Positions 34,801 through 34,970 of a stretch of DNA of 34,970 nt are shown one piece after another. Positions within the stretch are counted from its first letter, which is position 1; each line of letters begins with the position of its first letter. Source of the DNA: Methanobacteriota archaeon (GTDB lineage: Archaea; Thermoplasmatota; Poseidoniia; Poseidoniales; Poseidoniaceae). The notes below the pieces were generated by a model. It was given only the letters and a program-made list of their open reading frames with translations. It made no database searches and was not told where the DNA came from. Where the stretch lies: positions 2,799 to 37,768 of the forward strand of contig WTIT01000113.1 in assembly GCA_011526375.1 (NCBI GenBank). Reading direction: 5' to 3'. The position numbers were made by a program, and so were the translations under genes.

Positions 34801-34970
34801 AATTGGCTCCATTGGTATTCGCAGAGATTTTGCAAACCGTCACCATCTGCATCCCAATTAGCATCTTCTGGCCTATTGGGGTCGAGCGACCAGTTGTTGC
34901 CTCCGGTAAATGTCGAGCCAACCCAACGACGATTCTTTATTTCCCAGCCATCAGGCATTCCATCGCCATC
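31884..34970 (-). CDS. Giant acidic Ca2+-binding DxDxDG (thrombospondin type 3-like) repeat protein, C-terminal part; 5' end outside window
   Basis: Frame open to base 34970 (DGDG precedes the track's Met). More than a dozen DxDxD(G/S) loops, e.g. DSDGDSLPDGWE, DSDDDGMPDGWE, DTDGDGIIDGVE, DTDGDMLPDWYE. Confidence 0.88.
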   Translation of the reverse strand, partial: DGDGMPDGWEIKNRRWVGSTFTGGNNWSLDPNRPEDANWDADGDGLQNLCEYQWSQLKYQAMEGLLLESHGENITYAENWSESDPNNIDSDGDSLPDGWEASYSCNWNPSRVGINPLNGSDAFNNPDNDGYDIDRDGILQPNEAFVNYLEYHLRYDLFNEDDPVDFDNLPFGFSTDLFDNVNANGQPEASFYDRAAGSYLATQNPLDMGAADPLNADSDDDGMPDGWEIWFSRWDVLQDEWTLNPLQPADRWQDADDDGMTNWEEYNAIDPLLTEADDERTSPKWFVTTIGSAYTFQAWAGIQTDLSFGSFVNATQRNLTGITGDPNNVDTDGDGIIDGVELLFTTWNSSAQTWTLNPLVPGDGLFDSDEDGLVDLQEFALVTSNPDNGIDHPSDAPLLHIDGDLLQPTEKTQRMFNMLISKETRGKRLLNDFNEWQNGEPANAFISILMGITDPTNPDTDGDGMYDGFEYWFAEWDLENNLWSINPLIDGDVLLDSDGDSFDCDGDGNISLEERFSNLREWESRTWGKYSERNTVPQEVGILSFGDDAINAYIEELGYTYFEATNALYNDFTSKSQDSAERMEKINSYDSNNFNRTLIGVADPTSTDSDGDSIPDGWEYCYAIYGMPDVTTQDHWAANPINPHDVNYDGDSDGWYDRKSLDIPAEQGIWDERNFVPSGVVIQPGPGSLPFTNLMEWNNNTRPDLNDTDGDSVTYITQLSGGLVVSHQIDYNLSDGREVFKYGINPTDNDTDGDMLPDWYEYKMGWNESNDNFSSYLQIKVVWIDSLTGGECDTNTVSCLPLSSDSGILSRPELEYTWFTLDPADPVDANYDPDNDGNYDCSGAGCSYEPYTNFQEFYMLTDEDLTSPNAVRLAPLLYQGNPVEEWWQFRGYTLGLGTPAEASTNYMKMDKQSSSDFRYVLIINDNDNDFLTLDTSDDELLVSGSQTDQWEIYYASSPQTAPVRAVGEHEYGWYLMDFDDDHLAEGSSPINWDTDGDWIVDWFEVNDDEEDGLRGDSSPIRYDSRQTG

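Noticed and set aside
34956-34958. ATG 34958 as start of the repeat protein
   Set aside because: It is the internal Met of a DGDGMPDGWE repeat; the frame continues past the window edge.
1-34970. Defence system, provirus, transposase or RNA genes
   Set aside because: No integrase, transposase, cas, restriction-modification, toxin-antitoxin or viral motifs recognised, and intergenic gaps are short with no tRNA-like structure.

Overview
Gene-dense archaeal chromosomal window (roughly 40% GC by eye). The gene content points to Marine Group II Euryarchaeota (Poseidoniales, Thermoplasmatota); this assignment is an inference. Supporting content: type II GAPDH, archaeal PheT/GluRS/RNase HII/Rpp21/S15/ArcS, DnaJ, bacterial-type adenylate kinase, a large membrane-anchored S8 protease and a giant DxDxDG-repeat protein. 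There are about 27 CDS, two truncated by the window edges, one of which (an OCA2/ArsB-NhaD transporter, 1-1053, minus) is missing from the ORF track. I saw no rRNA, tRNA, CRISPR array or mobile element. Most notable: (1) a TT(C/G)AA(A/G)-type element at a nearly fixed -29..-24 before many start codons, suggesting a non-canonical TATA box with leaderless mRNAs; (2) an intact pyroglutamyl-peptidase I/MutT-type Nudix fusion; (3) an apparently inactive, truncated RecJ/GAN(Cdc45)-like gene next to rps15; (4) a GXGXG domain fused to a degenerate glutamate-synthase FMN-type domain; (5) a subtilase with Asp in the oxyanion position and a polyproline + LPPGW cytoplasmic tail; (6) several uncharacterised surface proteins with cytoplasmic tails. 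No complete new multi-gene system can be proven from sequence alone.
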